Of a stretch of DNA of 64,000 nucleotides, positions 21,584 through 33,002 are shown piece after piece. A program made the position numbers and the translations under genes. How positions within the stretch are numbered: position 1 is the first letter of the stretch; each line of letters starts with the position of its first letter. This DNA comes from Nitrospirales bacterium. GTDB lineage: Bacteria; Nitrospirota; Nitrospiria; Nitrospirales; UBA8639. The stretch spans positions 1,056,001 through 1,120,000 of the forward strand of contig OY729426.1 of the NCBI GenBank assembly GCA_963422365.1, written 5' to 3'. The notes beneath the pieces were generated by a model. The model was given only the letters and a program-made list of their open reading frames with translations, was not told where the DNA came from and did not search any database.

Positions 21584-24530
21584 TCACGACAGGGCGCCGA
21601 TGCGGACGCGGAGGCGTCCGGCGGCGTCGTAGACGGAGAGGCGATTGTCGGAGATTTCGACGCGCTCGCCGGCGGCGGCGGAGCGGAAGGTGCCCACGGT
21701 GGCGGAGAGGGCCGAGAGGGTCTGCACGTTCATGGCGTTGGCCGTGACGCTGCCCGGCATCAGGAGCTGGCCGTCGAGGCGCTTCTCGACCGGTCGCCTC
21801 CCCCCTGCCGTCCACGGCCCGAGTCTCAATCCAAGTGAGGGCGGGATTGTAGAGGGTGACCGTGTCGGAGAGCACCGCCTCCTGCGCATTCGGCAGCGCT
21901 GCCATCGCCGCGTAGTAGACAAAGGCCGGGTACTCAACCGGCGTGGGCCATGACCCGCTCACCCGTCGCGTGGCGATCCAATGCTGCTTGGCCTGCTCCC
22001 AGTTCTCGGGGAGCCTGGAGCGAGACCAGCCGGCCTGACTCTTGGCCGGGTCGCCGGGCCCGCTGCGGGCCGTGGTCTGGTAGATGAAGCGTATCCCGTT
22101 GTACGTGCCGAGGATCGGCCGGTGCAGGTAGCAATCGCCACGCGGGCAAGAGGGGGGGCGCCCCGGGTCGCCCTGGGGGCCGGCCAGACTCAGGAGCCGC
22201 GGGGGCTGAAGGCGCGCCCCAGGCCCCGGATCGGCCGGTTCGGCTGGAGACCCACATCCAGCGAGCTGAGGCGGAGACGCTCTGGGGCTCGTCGTACCAC
22301 CCGGTGGGGATGTCGTCGTCCGTAGTGGCGGATCCCGTGGGGGTGGTAGGGGGGTGCCTGTTGCGGTGACGCGATAGATCCACTCGGCGCCCTCGCTGTC
22401 CTTCGGGAGCGGGGGCGGAGCGGGCAGTGTGACGGTGACGGTGGCCGGGGTCGAGGCCTGGCCGGCCACGGCCACGACCCCGACGGTCCAGGGGCCTGCG
22501 GTGAGGTCGGGGGTGGTCCAGGGTGAGGCGGTGACGAGGCCGGCGTGGAGCGGGGCGAGAGTGTCCCAGGCCAAGCCCTTTGCGCCGGCGCGGAGGGCAT
22601 ACCCCACGACCGTGGGGGTGGGGGAGGCGCCTCAGGTGACCTCACGAGTGCCGTCCGCTCGGGCTGTGACGCGCAGCCCGGTCACGGGCGGCGGGGCGGG
22701 GCTGCCCCCGACGGTATGGCTCTGCTACCAGGCCGGGGCGCCGGTGCCGAAGGGCGCCACTGCGATGGTGATCTGGGTTCCCGGAGGCGCTGCGATGATC
22801 CAGGCGAGCTGCGTCTCGGTGGGGCCGAGGGTCCCCACGTGAGCCCCGTCCACAGACACCAGGGCCCCATCCCAGGGCCCGGCCGTCTCGACCGAGAGGG
22901 TGAGTTGGGTGACCTCGCCACGGCAGGCGCGGACCGGCTGCTCGGTGATCTGTCCGGCGAGGACGCGCGGCAGGAGGCGCCGCGGGGGCGGCAGGGGCAC
23001 CGAGAGATCGCTGGTGGCCGCATCGTGATAGGCTTGGACCTCGTCGATGGCTTCGAGCCGCACGCGGCTCTCGGCGGTGGGTTCCAGGGCCACGATGCGC
23101 ACGGTGGCGGGCTGGTCTGCGGTCCGATAGAGGCGCCAGAGGACGTCGATGGCCGGGGCCATCTCGTCGGGGAGGCGTTGGGCCAGGCTGACCCGCGCCG
23201 AGCCCCTGTCAGCCCCGGTGAGCTGCGTGGTGTGGAGCGTCCCCTCGGGCAGGCGCAGGACGAGCCAGTCGCCGGTCACAGCGCCCGTGTCGTGCCCGAG
23301 GTCCACCAGGAAGGGGGAGACGATCTCCCTGCACCGCCAGGTCTGCCCTCCGTCGAGGAACGAGTGGGTCAGGTAGACCACGTCGCCGAGGGCGACGGTC
23401 AGCCCTTCGGGGCCGTTCTCCCACGTGATACGGCGGCGGTGGACGCGGGGGTGGTGACCCCGGGCATCAGACGGCGCACCTCCCCCCATTGCCAGTCGAG
23501 GGCGGGCTCGAGGTAGCGCACGACGATCTCCTCGGCGATCTGGCCGGAGGCGTAGTCGAGTGCCAGGCTGCCGGCGACGATATTGCCTGGGAAGAACAGC
23601 GCGGTGGGTGCACGGTCGGTGTCCTCCCACACCACGCAGAGCCGGCCCGAGGCCCAGGTGGGGGAGGCTCGGCCGCAGCGCACGATGCGCGCGAGGACCT
23701 CGGCGTGGCTGATAGGGCGATCCAGCACGAGATCGCAGCGTAGCGGGGGGATATGGGCGTCGCACCAGGCCCCCCAGGCTCTGATGGCCGGTTCGTCGAG
23801 CCGGCCACCAGGCGGCCGTGGATCTTGGTCCCGAGCGCATAGTCGACTTAGAAGCACGCGGGGTTGCTAGTCTCGCCAGTCTCCCAGCGAGCTGTCTCAG
23901 GATTAAAGCAGGAGACCCGTCTCCTGGCGAGGCCGGAGAGTCGCTCCAGGCGGCCGCTGAGTTGCCACGAGGCCCTGATGCGCACGGCCAGGCGCCGCTG
24001 GCCGGGATACGAGGCGGTATCCGGCTGATAGGTGCGGATGGCTATCCAGGTCACTCGATCTGAGATGCGGCGGTTGCCAGAGGGGGGGGTGAGGCGCCAG
24101 AGGCGCAGCACCCAGGTGCCCGCCCCGTCGATGGCGCGTTCGTCCGCCGGGAGGGGATAGGTATAGGTCCGGCGTACCGGCGTCAGGCGGTCGGCCTCGA
24201 GCCCTTTGAGGCCCCAGGCGGCTCCCGGGAGATAGATGGCGGCGATGAGGACGGCCACCTGGAGCGTGGTGCGCAGCGGGTCGCTGTCCTGGCCGTGCAC
24301 CGGGCCTCGGGCTGTGATGCGCTCCCCTCCCCGGAGGGCGGTCTGGGCCCAGGCGGCCGGCGGCACGTTGCGCCCGTTGAGCTGCACCACCCAGTCGGTC
24401 AGGGGCCCGTGGCAGGTGCGGGCGAGCACCTGGGCCAGGGGCTCCACGGGGGAGATCCCACCGGGCGCGTCTCACGCCCCTCCGCGGTCAGCGGATGCGG
24501 CCAGCGATCGAGGATGGAGAGGACGGGGTG
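21584..24530 (-). pseudogene. Phage tail tip / host-specificity (J-like) and fibre fragments
   Basis: LAVRIRASWQLSGRL, TSNPA, IRAWGAWCDAH, GRASPTW, ANAMNVQTLSALSA, VYDAAGRLRVRIG across several frames. Confidence 0.75.
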
Positions 24531-24960
24531 GGCAGCCATCGATAGATCCCGCACATCTCGAGGGTGGGGGGCAAGGCGACGACTCGGTGGAGGCACACCC
24601 CGAGGACTTGCTGGCAGTGGAGCACGGATGGCGTGCTGTGGGGGGCGCACCAGAGGCCGAGGTGCTGCCCGATCACGCCAGCCCGGCCCGGCCGCGCATG
24701 AGGACGGCGTCACCCTCGCGCAGCCTCTCGCGGCCCCACAGCGGTCTGGCGATGTCGCCGACCAGGGCGCGGGCCAGGTCGTCGCGGCTACGCACGGTGG
24801 TCGCGCGTGGCGGGCCGTCGGGCTGGCCGGGCAGCCGGAGGTGCAGTGCGAATTGCTCTCGGAGCACCGTGGCTGCAAAATCCGTGCAGTTGTGCGCCAC
24901 GGGCACCCACGGGCGACCCAGATACCGCTCACTCCAATGAGGCTGCCGGCGTTGCATCAA
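24488..24960 (-). pseudogene. NlpC/P60-like tail-associated peptidase, frameshifted
   Basis: HWSERYLGRPW..NC..F, GDAVLM, HLGLW..VLH, GIYRW. Confidence 0.7.
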
Positions 24961-25430
24961 AACAGCCCCGTGGCTGTCTGGGGGTCGAAGCGCAACCGGA
25001 CCGCGGGCTTGTCCATCTGGGGGTCGTAGCCCAGGCGGAGGGTGACGCGCGCGGCATCCACGTGCGCGCTCAGGACGTCCATCTGAAGAGACCAGTCCCA
25101 GGCGCCGGCGCCGGCCAGGCCCTGGGAGACCCTCACGGTGCCGCCGACGCCCACCTGGGTCTGCTCGATCGCGCTGGTGAGGAGGCGGCCCACATTGTCG
25201 AGGCTGATCTCCGCGTGCGCCGGCCGCCCCTCCGTCTCCGTGGCCAGGCGCACGCTGAAGCGCACGCCCACGTAGCGCACGCCGCGGACCACGTGATCCG
25301 CCACGTCGTCCACGAGGGAGATGGGGGTCTAGAGCGCCGGATGAGAGATCGTCAGCCCCGTGAGCACCACGGCGTCCGGGGCTGTGGCCCGGAGCGCCTG
25401 CTGATAGGGCGCCTTCGCGTCCCCGCCGGG
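24957..25430 (-). pseudogene. DUF1833-like minor tail protein (5' frameshift)
   Basis: AEISLDNVGRLL, RFDPQTATGLF; upstream LTISHPAL segment in another frame. Confidence 0.65.
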
Positions 25431-25434
25431 CGCG

Positions 25435-25788
25435 TCACGAGCGCCACCCCTCGAGATCGGCTGTCCAGTGCCGCTGCTGTGCGACGACGTGCGCGGTCCA
25501 CGCGATCCCGCCGAGTCCCTCGCGCACCCGGACCTGCCTCAGCGTCCCGCCATGATCGCGCCACGCGAACCACGTGTGTGCGTGCGACCTGGCCCAGGCC
25601 ATAAAGTCCGCGTACCGTCGGTCATCCGCCAAGTGCACGGTCACGCGCGTGACCGTCAGGGCCGCGGTGTGCCGGCGCACCTGCCGGATCATCCCGTCGT
25701 CACAGGTCGTGCGCTCCACATCGGGGTCTGGCCGGACGGTATAGCCATCCGCCACCACCTGCGCATACGTAGGCCACTCCGCCGCCAT
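25435..25788 (-). CDS. Phage minor/distal tail protein
   Basis: WP..., ERT..DDG..RQ, WFAWRD; directly follows the tape measure gene. Confidence 0.65.
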   Translation of the reverse strand: MAAEWPTYAQVVADGYTVRPDPDVERTTCDDGMIRQVRRHTAALTVTRVTVHLADDRRYADFMAWARSHAHTWFAWRDHGGTLRQVRVREGLGGIAWTAHVVAQQRHWTADLEGWRS

Positions 25789-25872
25789 CAGGCCCCTCCT
25801 TGGTTAGGACTCATCATAATTATTCCTTGCCCCTGCTCCCTTCCTCCTTTCCCCTTTTTCTTTTCCCCTTCC

Positions 25873-27855
25873 TCATCCCGCGGGCTGCCGGCGTCCGCGG
25901 GTGAGCGTCTCGATCGAGCGGGCGATCGGCCCGCGCGTCTGCAGATCCTCCAGCACCACCCCGATGATGACCCTGTCCCCGCGCAGCGTGGCCTCGGCGG
26001 TCGTGGCCCGCTGCGGCGTGCCGCGATTGTCGAGGCGCACCTCCACTCGCTGCAGGGCCCCTGGTCCCAGCGCCGCCATCTGCTCGGGGGTGAACACCCC
26101 CGAGCCCCGCCTGGCGATGATGGGCTGCGCCCACCACCCCGCCGCCGTGATACCGCGGGGCCCCCAGCCAGGCGCGTGGGAGATGCCGTGCCGTGTCAAG
26201 GCCAGGGCCCCGACGAGGCCACCCGTATGCGCTATGCCCGCGTCGAGCCCCAGGGCCTGCGCCAGCGGCCTCAGAACCGCTTGCCGGATCACCAACCGCG
26301 TCAGATCCGCAAGCATGGCGTCCACCATCCCCTGCCAGTTCGCCTTGCCGGTCGTGACAAACTCCGTGAGCGCTGATTCCATGCGGCCCAGAGAGAAAAA
26401 GATGGCCTGCTGGGCTGCCTGCGAGGCGTCTCCGGCGAACGTGGCGTATCGCTCGAACGCCCGCGGCTGGCCGCCCGTCTCGAGGTGCTGCCGCAGCCGA
26501 GTGAGGGCCTCGGTGAGTGCCCGTATCGCCTCCTGCTGGGCCCGGACCGCCGCGCCACCAGCCAGCCCGGCCGGGATCTCTCGTGCCCGTACCTCCTCCA
26601 ACGCGTACTCCACCTGCTCGATCTGCCGCTGCACGTCCGTCGCCGCGCCCAGGAGCATATCCGGCACCCGCCGCATCTGCTCGCGGATCTCCCCGATCAG
26701 CTTGTCGTCCAGGATGCCGCCGCCCGCCAGGATGTGGGCCCGCAAGGTCTCCGTGAGGGCGCGGGTGATTTGCTCGAGCGCCACGCGTTGCACTGCGCTC
26801 GTGTAGCCGCGGGCGCTGGTGGGTTTTGCGGCCTCGGCGCCGTAGCGTGATAGCAGCGCCCGCAGCTCACGGGCCGTGGCCCCCGCCGTGACAGGCGGCT
26901 CGGTCCCCGCCACCGTGTTGACGATCCTGGCGGCTAGCCCGGCCGCCTCGGACAGCCACCCCAGCAGGCCCGATTGGGCAATGGCGTGCTGCAGGTTCGC
27001 CACAGCCGTGTGCATCCGCTCGATGTTCGCGGCCGCGCTGCCCGTGGCCTCGGCTAACGAGGCACTGTAGGTCCGTCGGAGTTGCGCCGCCAGCTTGGGC
27101 AGAAAGTCCTCGGCCTGCAGTTGGCCCTGGGCCAACTGCTTATCCAGTTCTTCCGTGGTCAGGCCCATGGCCTGCGCCGCCTGCTGAAAGGCTCCCACGA
27201 GCCGCTCGCCCAACTGCCCCCGCAGCTCTTCCGCGGAGACCTTGCCCTTGCTGATAATTTGTTCAATGGCGGTGAAGGCCCCTGCCACCTGACTGCCCGA
27301 GAGCCCCAGCACGCGCCCTGCCTCGCTCACTGCCGAGAAGATCTCGCGCGTCTGGGCGCCCGCCAGCGCCGTGCCCTTGGCCGCGGCGGTGAGCTTCGAG
27401 AAGCCCTCCCCGGCCGTCAGGAGATTGAGCCCGAGGCGCTCCGCCTCGCCCCGCACAAACGCAAACGCCCGGGCGGCCCGCTCGGGGCCGACGGCGAAGG
27501 TGAGCCGTTGGTCGAGAGCTTGAAATTTCAGGCCGGACTCGACAATCCCGGAGGCAAACCCCGTGAGCCCTCGGAACACCGTCTGTGCCCCGAGCGTCAC
27601 AAGGTTGGCCGCCAGCCCCGCCACCGCGAAGTCCAGCTTTTTGAGGGCGCCCCCAGCTCGCCCAAAGAAGGGGCCGGCGTCACGGGCGGCCGTGCCGAGC
27701 GACCGGAGCCCCCTCGCGGCCGGGCCGCTCTGCCGTCTGATGGCGTCGGCGCCACCGGCCACCCCTCCGAGCTGCCCTTTGAGCCTCTTGAGCCGCTCGG
27801 GCGTCTGCCCGAGGTCGGCCTGGATCCGCAACGCGAGCCTGAGGTCTCTAGCCAT
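25873..27855 (-). CDS. Phage tail tape measure protein (C-terminus appears eroded)
   Basis: AIEQIISKGKVSAEELRGQLGERL tape-measure motif; FVTTGKANW lambda-type C-terminal motif. Confidence 0.9.
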   Translation of the reverse strand: MARDLRLALRIQADLGQTPERLKRLKGQLGGVAGGADAIRRQSGPAARGLRSLGTAARDAGPFFGRAGGALKKLDFAVAGLAANLVTLGAQTVFRGLTGFASGIVESGLKFQALDQRLTFAVGPERAARAFAFVRGEAERLGLNLLTAGEGFSKLTAAAKGTALAGAQTREIFSAVSEAGRVLGLSGSQVAGAFTAIEQIISKGKVSAEELRGQLGERLVGAFQQAAQAMGLTTEELDKQLAQGQLQAEDFLPKLAAQLRRTYSASLAEATGSAAANIERMHTAVANLQHAIAQSGLLGWLSEAAGLAARIVNTVAGTEPPVTAGATARELRALLSRYGAEAAKPTSARGYTSAVQRVALEQITRALTETLRAHILAGGGILDDKLIGEIREQMRRVPDMLLGAATDVQRQIEQVEYALEEVRAREIPAGLAGGAAVRAQQEAIRALTEALTRLRQHLETGGQPRAFERYATFAGDASQAAQQAIFFSLGRMESALTEFVTTGKANWQGMVDAMLADLTRLVIRQAVLRPLAQALGLDAGIAHTGGLVGALALTRHGISHAPGWGPRGITAAGWWAQPIIARRGSGVFTPEQMAALGPGALQRVEVRLDNRGTPQRATTAEATLRGDRVIIGVVLEDLQTRGPIARSIETLTRGRRQPAG

Positions 27856-28117
27856 GGCTCCGATCTCCTCCGAGGGCTTGATGCCCCCCCGCGGCCATGC
27901 CCAAGGCCTCAGCCGTTTTCTGTTTGCCTGGCGTAGTATTCAAAGTCGTTGGTGAGGGATCGGATGATTTCGGTTTTCATGTATTTGTTCCTGTTTTATA
28001 CGCATAAGACGCCGATAGGCACAGGTCAAGCCATTGCCAGGAGGTAGTGTGGGTTTTTTAGGTAGGGTTGGAATGAGAGCTACTGCGAGTGGAGGATCAG
28101 GATTTTAGTCGAAGTGG

Positions 28118-29815
28118 TCATTTAGCTTTATTTTGTTTTCTTAATGCTTCAAGAGCTTCTTTAATTCCTTTTTCTTTTTTGTCTTTCTTCCATTCATCCC
28201 AAAAATCAATAGTGGCGCTTTTGGGTTGAACTGCTGGCTCATCAATTTTCACTCTGCTTGGCAACAGGCAGGCATCACCTACAATTAAACTTTCCCCTAT
28301 ATCCAAAGCAGGCAATAAATCAGCAAAATTCCCTAAGTTATCTGGAAACAGTCTCCTGATAACATTCTGATCATCAGGGTTTGAGAGCCTCATTGATATA
28401 AAATTCCCACACTGACTTAAAACTGTCTTACTAACATCTGCTGGCCTTTGGCTAATTACAACCAAGGATACTCCATATTTTCTTCCTTCCTTTGCGACTC
28501 TCTGGAAACTATGGAGCCCCCTTTCCTCAATACTGGAGCTTGCGTTTGCAGGGATATATAAATGAGCCTCCTCACAAAATAAAGCGATAGGATGCCTTTT
28601 ATCTTCATCGGTCCATTGTTGCACGGAAAAAATTAACCTTGTTACCAACCCGGTTATCAATGGCAATATATCGGAGGGTACTTCTGAAAAATCGATTATT
28701 TTGTTTCCTTTTCGATTATTAAAATCCATTAACTTTTCGATCAAATTTTCAAGCCAGTTATACTCCTGCAAAGCTGAATTCTTATTAAAAAGAAAATTCA
28801 GCCTTTTATCGCTTTGCTTGCTTTTTAACCTCTGTATAAAACGGGTGAGTTTTCCATATAGAGGCCCTTGTTTTTCACTGCGAGACCCTGAAATCATTTC
28901 TTTGTCTTTTTCGTCGAGCTTTTTTAAGACTTCATCTATGGAATACGGAACAGGGCTATCAATCGTAAAATTATTAAGAATATTCTGTTTGTTGTTTCCT
29001 TCCAATTTCTTCTTTTTGTATTCAATAACCAAGTCAAATAAAGCTCTTGCCTGATTAGGAGCATTCTGGTCGCTTCTGTCCAGCATCATTGCTTCTATTT
29101 CTTCATACGATAAAAGCCAGTAAGGCAAATATACAATTTTTTCATCGTCTATATTGTCTACAGGTCCCGCCACTCTCAATAAAGTTGTATTGCCTAATGC
29201 CTTGAGCGGCTTATATTCTCCGTGAATATCAAATATGATACTGTTTACAGATTCTAACTGAGAAGATTTCTCTAGAATTTTAGCAACAGTCCAGGATTTT
29301 CCAGAGCCTGTACTTCCGACGATAACAGCATGTCTTTGGAAAAATTTGTTGCCATCCAAATATGCCTGAGCATCATCTGATATAACGTATTTGCCAAGAT
29401 TTAATGATTTCTCTTCCTCTTGTTCCTCAACGGACAGGGACCGCATAAAGTTGAAAAGCTCATCGCCCTCTAGCAGAAAGCAATCCGCATCAAGACTTGG
29501 TACTGTCTCTAAGGTTCGCTTGAAAACATTGGATTTTGTGCCGTATTTATCCAGCAATGTTCCGACTAAGCAGACTTTTACTACATTCTCAACAACAATC
29601 TCTTCGGGGTTATCAGGTTCTGCCTTATCAGAAAATTTGCGCATGATTTTTATGACCAAACCGATGATGGATTTGCCCGTTTTCGTCGATCGGATACGGA
29701 GTAAATTATTAACTTGAATGCTGTTAAGCATTTGCTCTTCAATGACTTTGATAACAATGTTTCCCGTATCAACACTTTCTACGTTTCCTAATGGTTTTTG
29801 TTTTGATTCACTCAT
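28118..29815 (-). CDS. herA: HerA/DUF87 ATPase of a Sir2-HerA antiphage system
   Basis: HAVIVGSTGSGKS, FDIHGEY, CEEAH, KEGRKYG, SQRP. Confidence 0.9.
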   Translation of the reverse strand: MSESKQKPLGNVESVDTGNIVIKVIEEQMLNSIQVNNLLRIRSTKTGKSIIGLVIKIMRKFSDKAEPDNPEEIVVENVVKVCLVGTLLDKYGTKSNVFKRTLETVPSLDADCFLLEGDELFNFMRSLSVEEQEEEKSLNLGKYVISDDAQAYLDGNKFFQRHAVIVGSTGSGKSWTVAKILEKSSQLESVNSIIFDIHGEYKPLKALGNTTLLRVAGPVDNIDDEKIVYLPYWLLSYEEIEAMMLDRSDQNAPNQARALFDLVIEYKKKKLEGNNKQNILNNFTIDSPVPYSIDEVLKKLDEKDKEMISGSRSEKQGPLYGKLTRFIQRLKSKQSDKRLNFLFNKNSALQEYNWLENLIEKLMDFNNRKGNKIIDFSEVPSDILPLITGLVTRLIFSVQQWTDEDKRHPIALFCEEAHLYIPANASSSIEERGLHSFQRVAKEGRKYGVSLVVISQRPADVSKTVLSQCGNFISMRLSNPDDQNVIRRLFPDNLGNFADLLPALDIGESLIVGDACLLPSRVKIDEPAVQPKSATIDFWDEWKKDKKEKGIKEALEALRKQNKAK

Positions 29816-30777
29816 AGCGTCTCCATAAACTTATCGAGTTGCCAGTAGTTTCCTTCTAATGAAACAGTTCGTTCACCAGCGCCATTTCCTTTTTTGACTG
29901 TGACTTTCGTTTCGCTTGCATTCTCTTCAAATAAACAATATTTGCCAGCCCTATTCAGCTTTTCCGTACAAGAATCTGTTGCCTTTTTTGTGATAATCAC
30001 AATAGGAACCCCTTCTTTGATTGCGTTATCAATCTTGGGTGTCAAATGTTTGTCATTAAAACCGAAGCCAACAACTAAAAAACTGCGTGCTTTCTCAATA
30101 GCGTTGTCCGATTTTCCAATAAGGGTTCTGTATGGCTCTTGGAATGCCTCATCACATTTATTGCGAGCAGGTAACACCATGCCATATTTGAGTGCGTTGA
30201 AATCGTGCTCACACGGTAAATAAAATAGGTCGTTGTTTTCATCAAAAAACCAGTTTAGTGAACCATGAACTTTTATTAAATTTATTATTTTTTGTTCTCC
30301 AAAAGCCTTTGGAGAAAATCTTGACAATGATCTTCCGGTGAATCCATCTGTGAAATTGTCATTGGATTGCGACAGTGCGTATTCCAAAACACGATCATAA
30401 TTAGTCGTCACGATGTCAATTTTACATGGATGAGGGTCGTAAAACTTCTTTATCATTTTGGTTATGGCCTCAAAATAATTTGTATCTTGTATGGATTCCT
30501 TTAGGCAGGCCATATCCCTTTTAAGAACTTTCTCTCTTGTAATCTTTCTGATTTCATCAGTCTTTGTTTGATCTTGAATTTTCCCCAACTCCATTTCTAA
30601 GTCAGAGTCTTCGTTAAGGCTATCCAGGACGGGTTTAAGCTCTTCTTTTAACTCATCCATACTTGGAAGCCCATATGGGATGGTTGCCCCTGAACCCCAA
30701 ATAATTACAGGAGGATTGCTTAGAAAATTTTGGACGAGTTTAGACACATCGTCTTTCTCTTCATCGCTATTACTCAT
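29812..30777 (-). CDS. SIR2-like (SIR2_2) NADase of a Sir2-HerA system
   Basis: WGSGATIPYGLPSM, TTNYDRVLE, KVHGSLNW, GFGFNDKH; 4-nt overlap with herA. Confidence 0.9.
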   Translation of the reverse strand: MSNSDEEKDDVSKLVQNFLSNPPVIIWGSGATIPYGLPSMDELKEELKPVLDSLNEDSDLEMELGKIQDQTKTDEIRKITREKVLKRDMACLKESIQDTNYFEAITKMIKKFYDPHPCKIDIVTTNYDRVLEYALSQSNDNFTDGFTGRSLSRFSPKAFGEQKIINLIKVHGSLNWFFDENNDLFYLPCEHDFNALKYGMVLPARNKCDEAFQEPYRTLIGKSDNAIEKARSFLVVGFGFNDKHLTPKIDNAIKEGVPIVIITKKATDSCTEKLNRAGKYCLFEENASETKVTVKKGNGAGERTVSLEGNYWQLDKFMETL

Positions 30778-31850
30778 GGTTTCTCCATTCTCCAGTCAGC
30801 AGTTTCTGCATCAATCCGCGTTTTTGGGTGCGGTATTGTTCAGCAAGTTGCTGAAGGAGAGTGCCTTCGCGTTTGGCGGTGTTGAGTGTATTGGCAATTT
30901 TCTTCTGTTTCTCCAAGGAAGATAGTGGGATTGGTCTTGTTCCTAAATCTCCAAAGCTTACAGTTTCCAGCACACTGCCTTGTGCGCTATTTTTTTATAA
31001 GATGAAATCCAATGCAAGAAATAATCGCTGTTAATCTTGGTTTCGTTTAACTTGAAAACAATATACATTGGACTAAGTGTGCCAATCGTCCAGACGTGCA
31101 ATGGAACCAACATTGATACGTGAAGGGGTATAAGCATACTCGCCATGCTTGACGATTTTATAGTTGGATAAATTTGCGCTGGCTATGCGGCGTTCAATCT
31201 GATCTTCTGGCAGAATAAACCCGCTATGGTTTGTGACGCTCAGCATACGCTCCATAGCATTATCGTGGTTTCGCGTTGAGACTTCGATAGCGAAGTCTGA
31301 TGTCTGTCTTTCGTGATGGCTCGTTTTGTTTATCAGCGATGTCACAAACCATCCAAATTGTTTCTTCTTGGCGGCGATGAGACGTTCGGTTTTCTCAATC
31401 GCCATGTCCCATTCATTCAATGGTTCAGGCTTTTTTTGTTGGACAGAAAACGCCGGATAACTGACTTTGACGTTGCTTAGAATTGCGGGGTTGAGAGAGG
31501 GCATGGTTCTGCCAACTGCTCTGCTTCTCATGTGGTGTTTGAATTTTTCCGTGCTGAAAAAGTATCTCAGGTATCGGCTATCAATGATCTTATGTGATTC
31601 AGATCTCACTCTGAATAATCGACCGGAAACCAGCCCTCCTCTTTTTGGGAGACCGGACTGTTTCTATCTACTGATCCCACCCGGCTAAAGAGAATATCTC
31701 CTTCTTGGACAAGACATTGAGAGAGTCGCTTTTTGTCGTAGTCAGAAACCAAGGGCAAGTTCTCCTGAGCCAATCCGCGTTCGCCTAGATGCTCAACCGT
31801 TACTATTGGCGTGCCAGCTGACTTGACCTAATCGTGCTTGTGGAGTTGTG
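30770..31850 (-). pseudogene. hsdS: Type I RM specificity subunit, fragmented
   Basis: KRGLMQKLLTGEW, EKQKKIA, PSRINVGSI, LSPMYIVF in separate frames. Confidence 0.85.
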
Positions 31851-31927
31851 CTCCGAAAGGCCCGGTCTTTACAGAAGCAATCTCTCTCAATCTCACCCTG
31901 TGCCAGCCCTTCGGCAATGCTTCATAT

Positions 31928-32990
31928 TTAAAGGTTTTTCGACTCATCGCTGTTTCCCAACCCTGCTTTTTTATCCAACACTCTCGCTAGGGCCTCAATC
32001 TCTTTCAGGTCTTCGGCATCAGTTTGCAGCGCTTCATCCTTGAGGCGGTGGGCGGCACATTCTTGGTAACGGCTCTCTGCCAATTTTTTGGCAACTTCCG
32101 CTTCCACTTTTCCTGCATGAGTCAGCAGATCATGTTCGTTGAATTGTAAAAAGACATCCAGCTTGTCTGCCACTGTTTCATATTCATGGTTCGGTGTCTG
32201 TTTGCTTGATCTTCGGCGTAATCCAAATACATTGTTACGATGCGGTTCAGTCCACTGATCTCTTTTTCTTCAAGATAGTTTTTAGCAATGGATCCGTCAC
32301 CTTTTCGCACTTTTGCACCTTGCCAGGAAGTCAGACCCATATTCGGTTTTTGAGAGTCGCTTCTGTCCGTGCTTAACTCGGCGGCGGTTTTGCCCGTTAC
32401 CGACCAGAGCATGTTGTTTTGCACTTTTTTGAAAAAGACGTGGGCTTCGTCGGATTTTTTGTCGTAGTCTATGGCCGTGGCGTAAATATCCCGCACTGTT
32501 TGGTAGAAACGTTTTTCCGACGACCTGATGTCGCGGATACGTTCCAGCATTTCATCAAAATGGTCAGGGACGGATGAGCTTTTGTCAGGCGGGTTTTTCA
32601 GCCGCTCATCGTCCATAATGAAGCCTTTGATGATGTATTCCCTGAGCCGTTGTGTCGCCCAGATGCGGAAGCGGGTAGCAATGATGCTTTTTACGCGGTA
32701 GCCGACGGAGATGACCATATCCAGATTGTAGTAATCCAGTTCGTGCCTTACTTCCCGATTTCCTTCCAGGCAAACTGTCAAAAATTTCTTGACAGTTGAA
32801 TTCAACAACAATTCCCTTTCTGCATCAATGTTTTGAATATGAAAGCGTATGTTCTGCTTACTGATCTGAAACAATTCCGCCATCATCTGTTGAGTCACCC
32901 AGAGTGACTCATCCTCAAGACGAACTTCCAGCTTTATTTTTCCATTTTCAGTCTGATAAAAAAATTGTCGCCTGATGCCATGCCGTGCTC
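31928..32990 (-). pseudogene. RhuM-family protein, frameshifted
   Basis: YNLDMVISVGYRVKS, FRIWAT, ERIRDIRSSEKRFY; C-terminal LDVFLQFNE in another frame. Confidence 0.85.
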
Positions 32991-33002
32991 TTGTTTTGTA
33001 GC

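Larger units (their letters stand above)
21470..27930 (-). mobile_element. Degenerate, very GC-rich siphophage tail-module remnant
   Basis: Abrupt GC shift; tape measure, minor tail, DUF1833-like, NlpC-like and tail-tip fragments; no capsid, terminase or integrase. Confidence 0.85.

Noticed and set aside
21300..27955. Many long overlapping ORFs on both strands
   Set aside because: Expected shadow ORFs in very GC-rich DNA; only minus-strand tail genes carry recognisable motifs.
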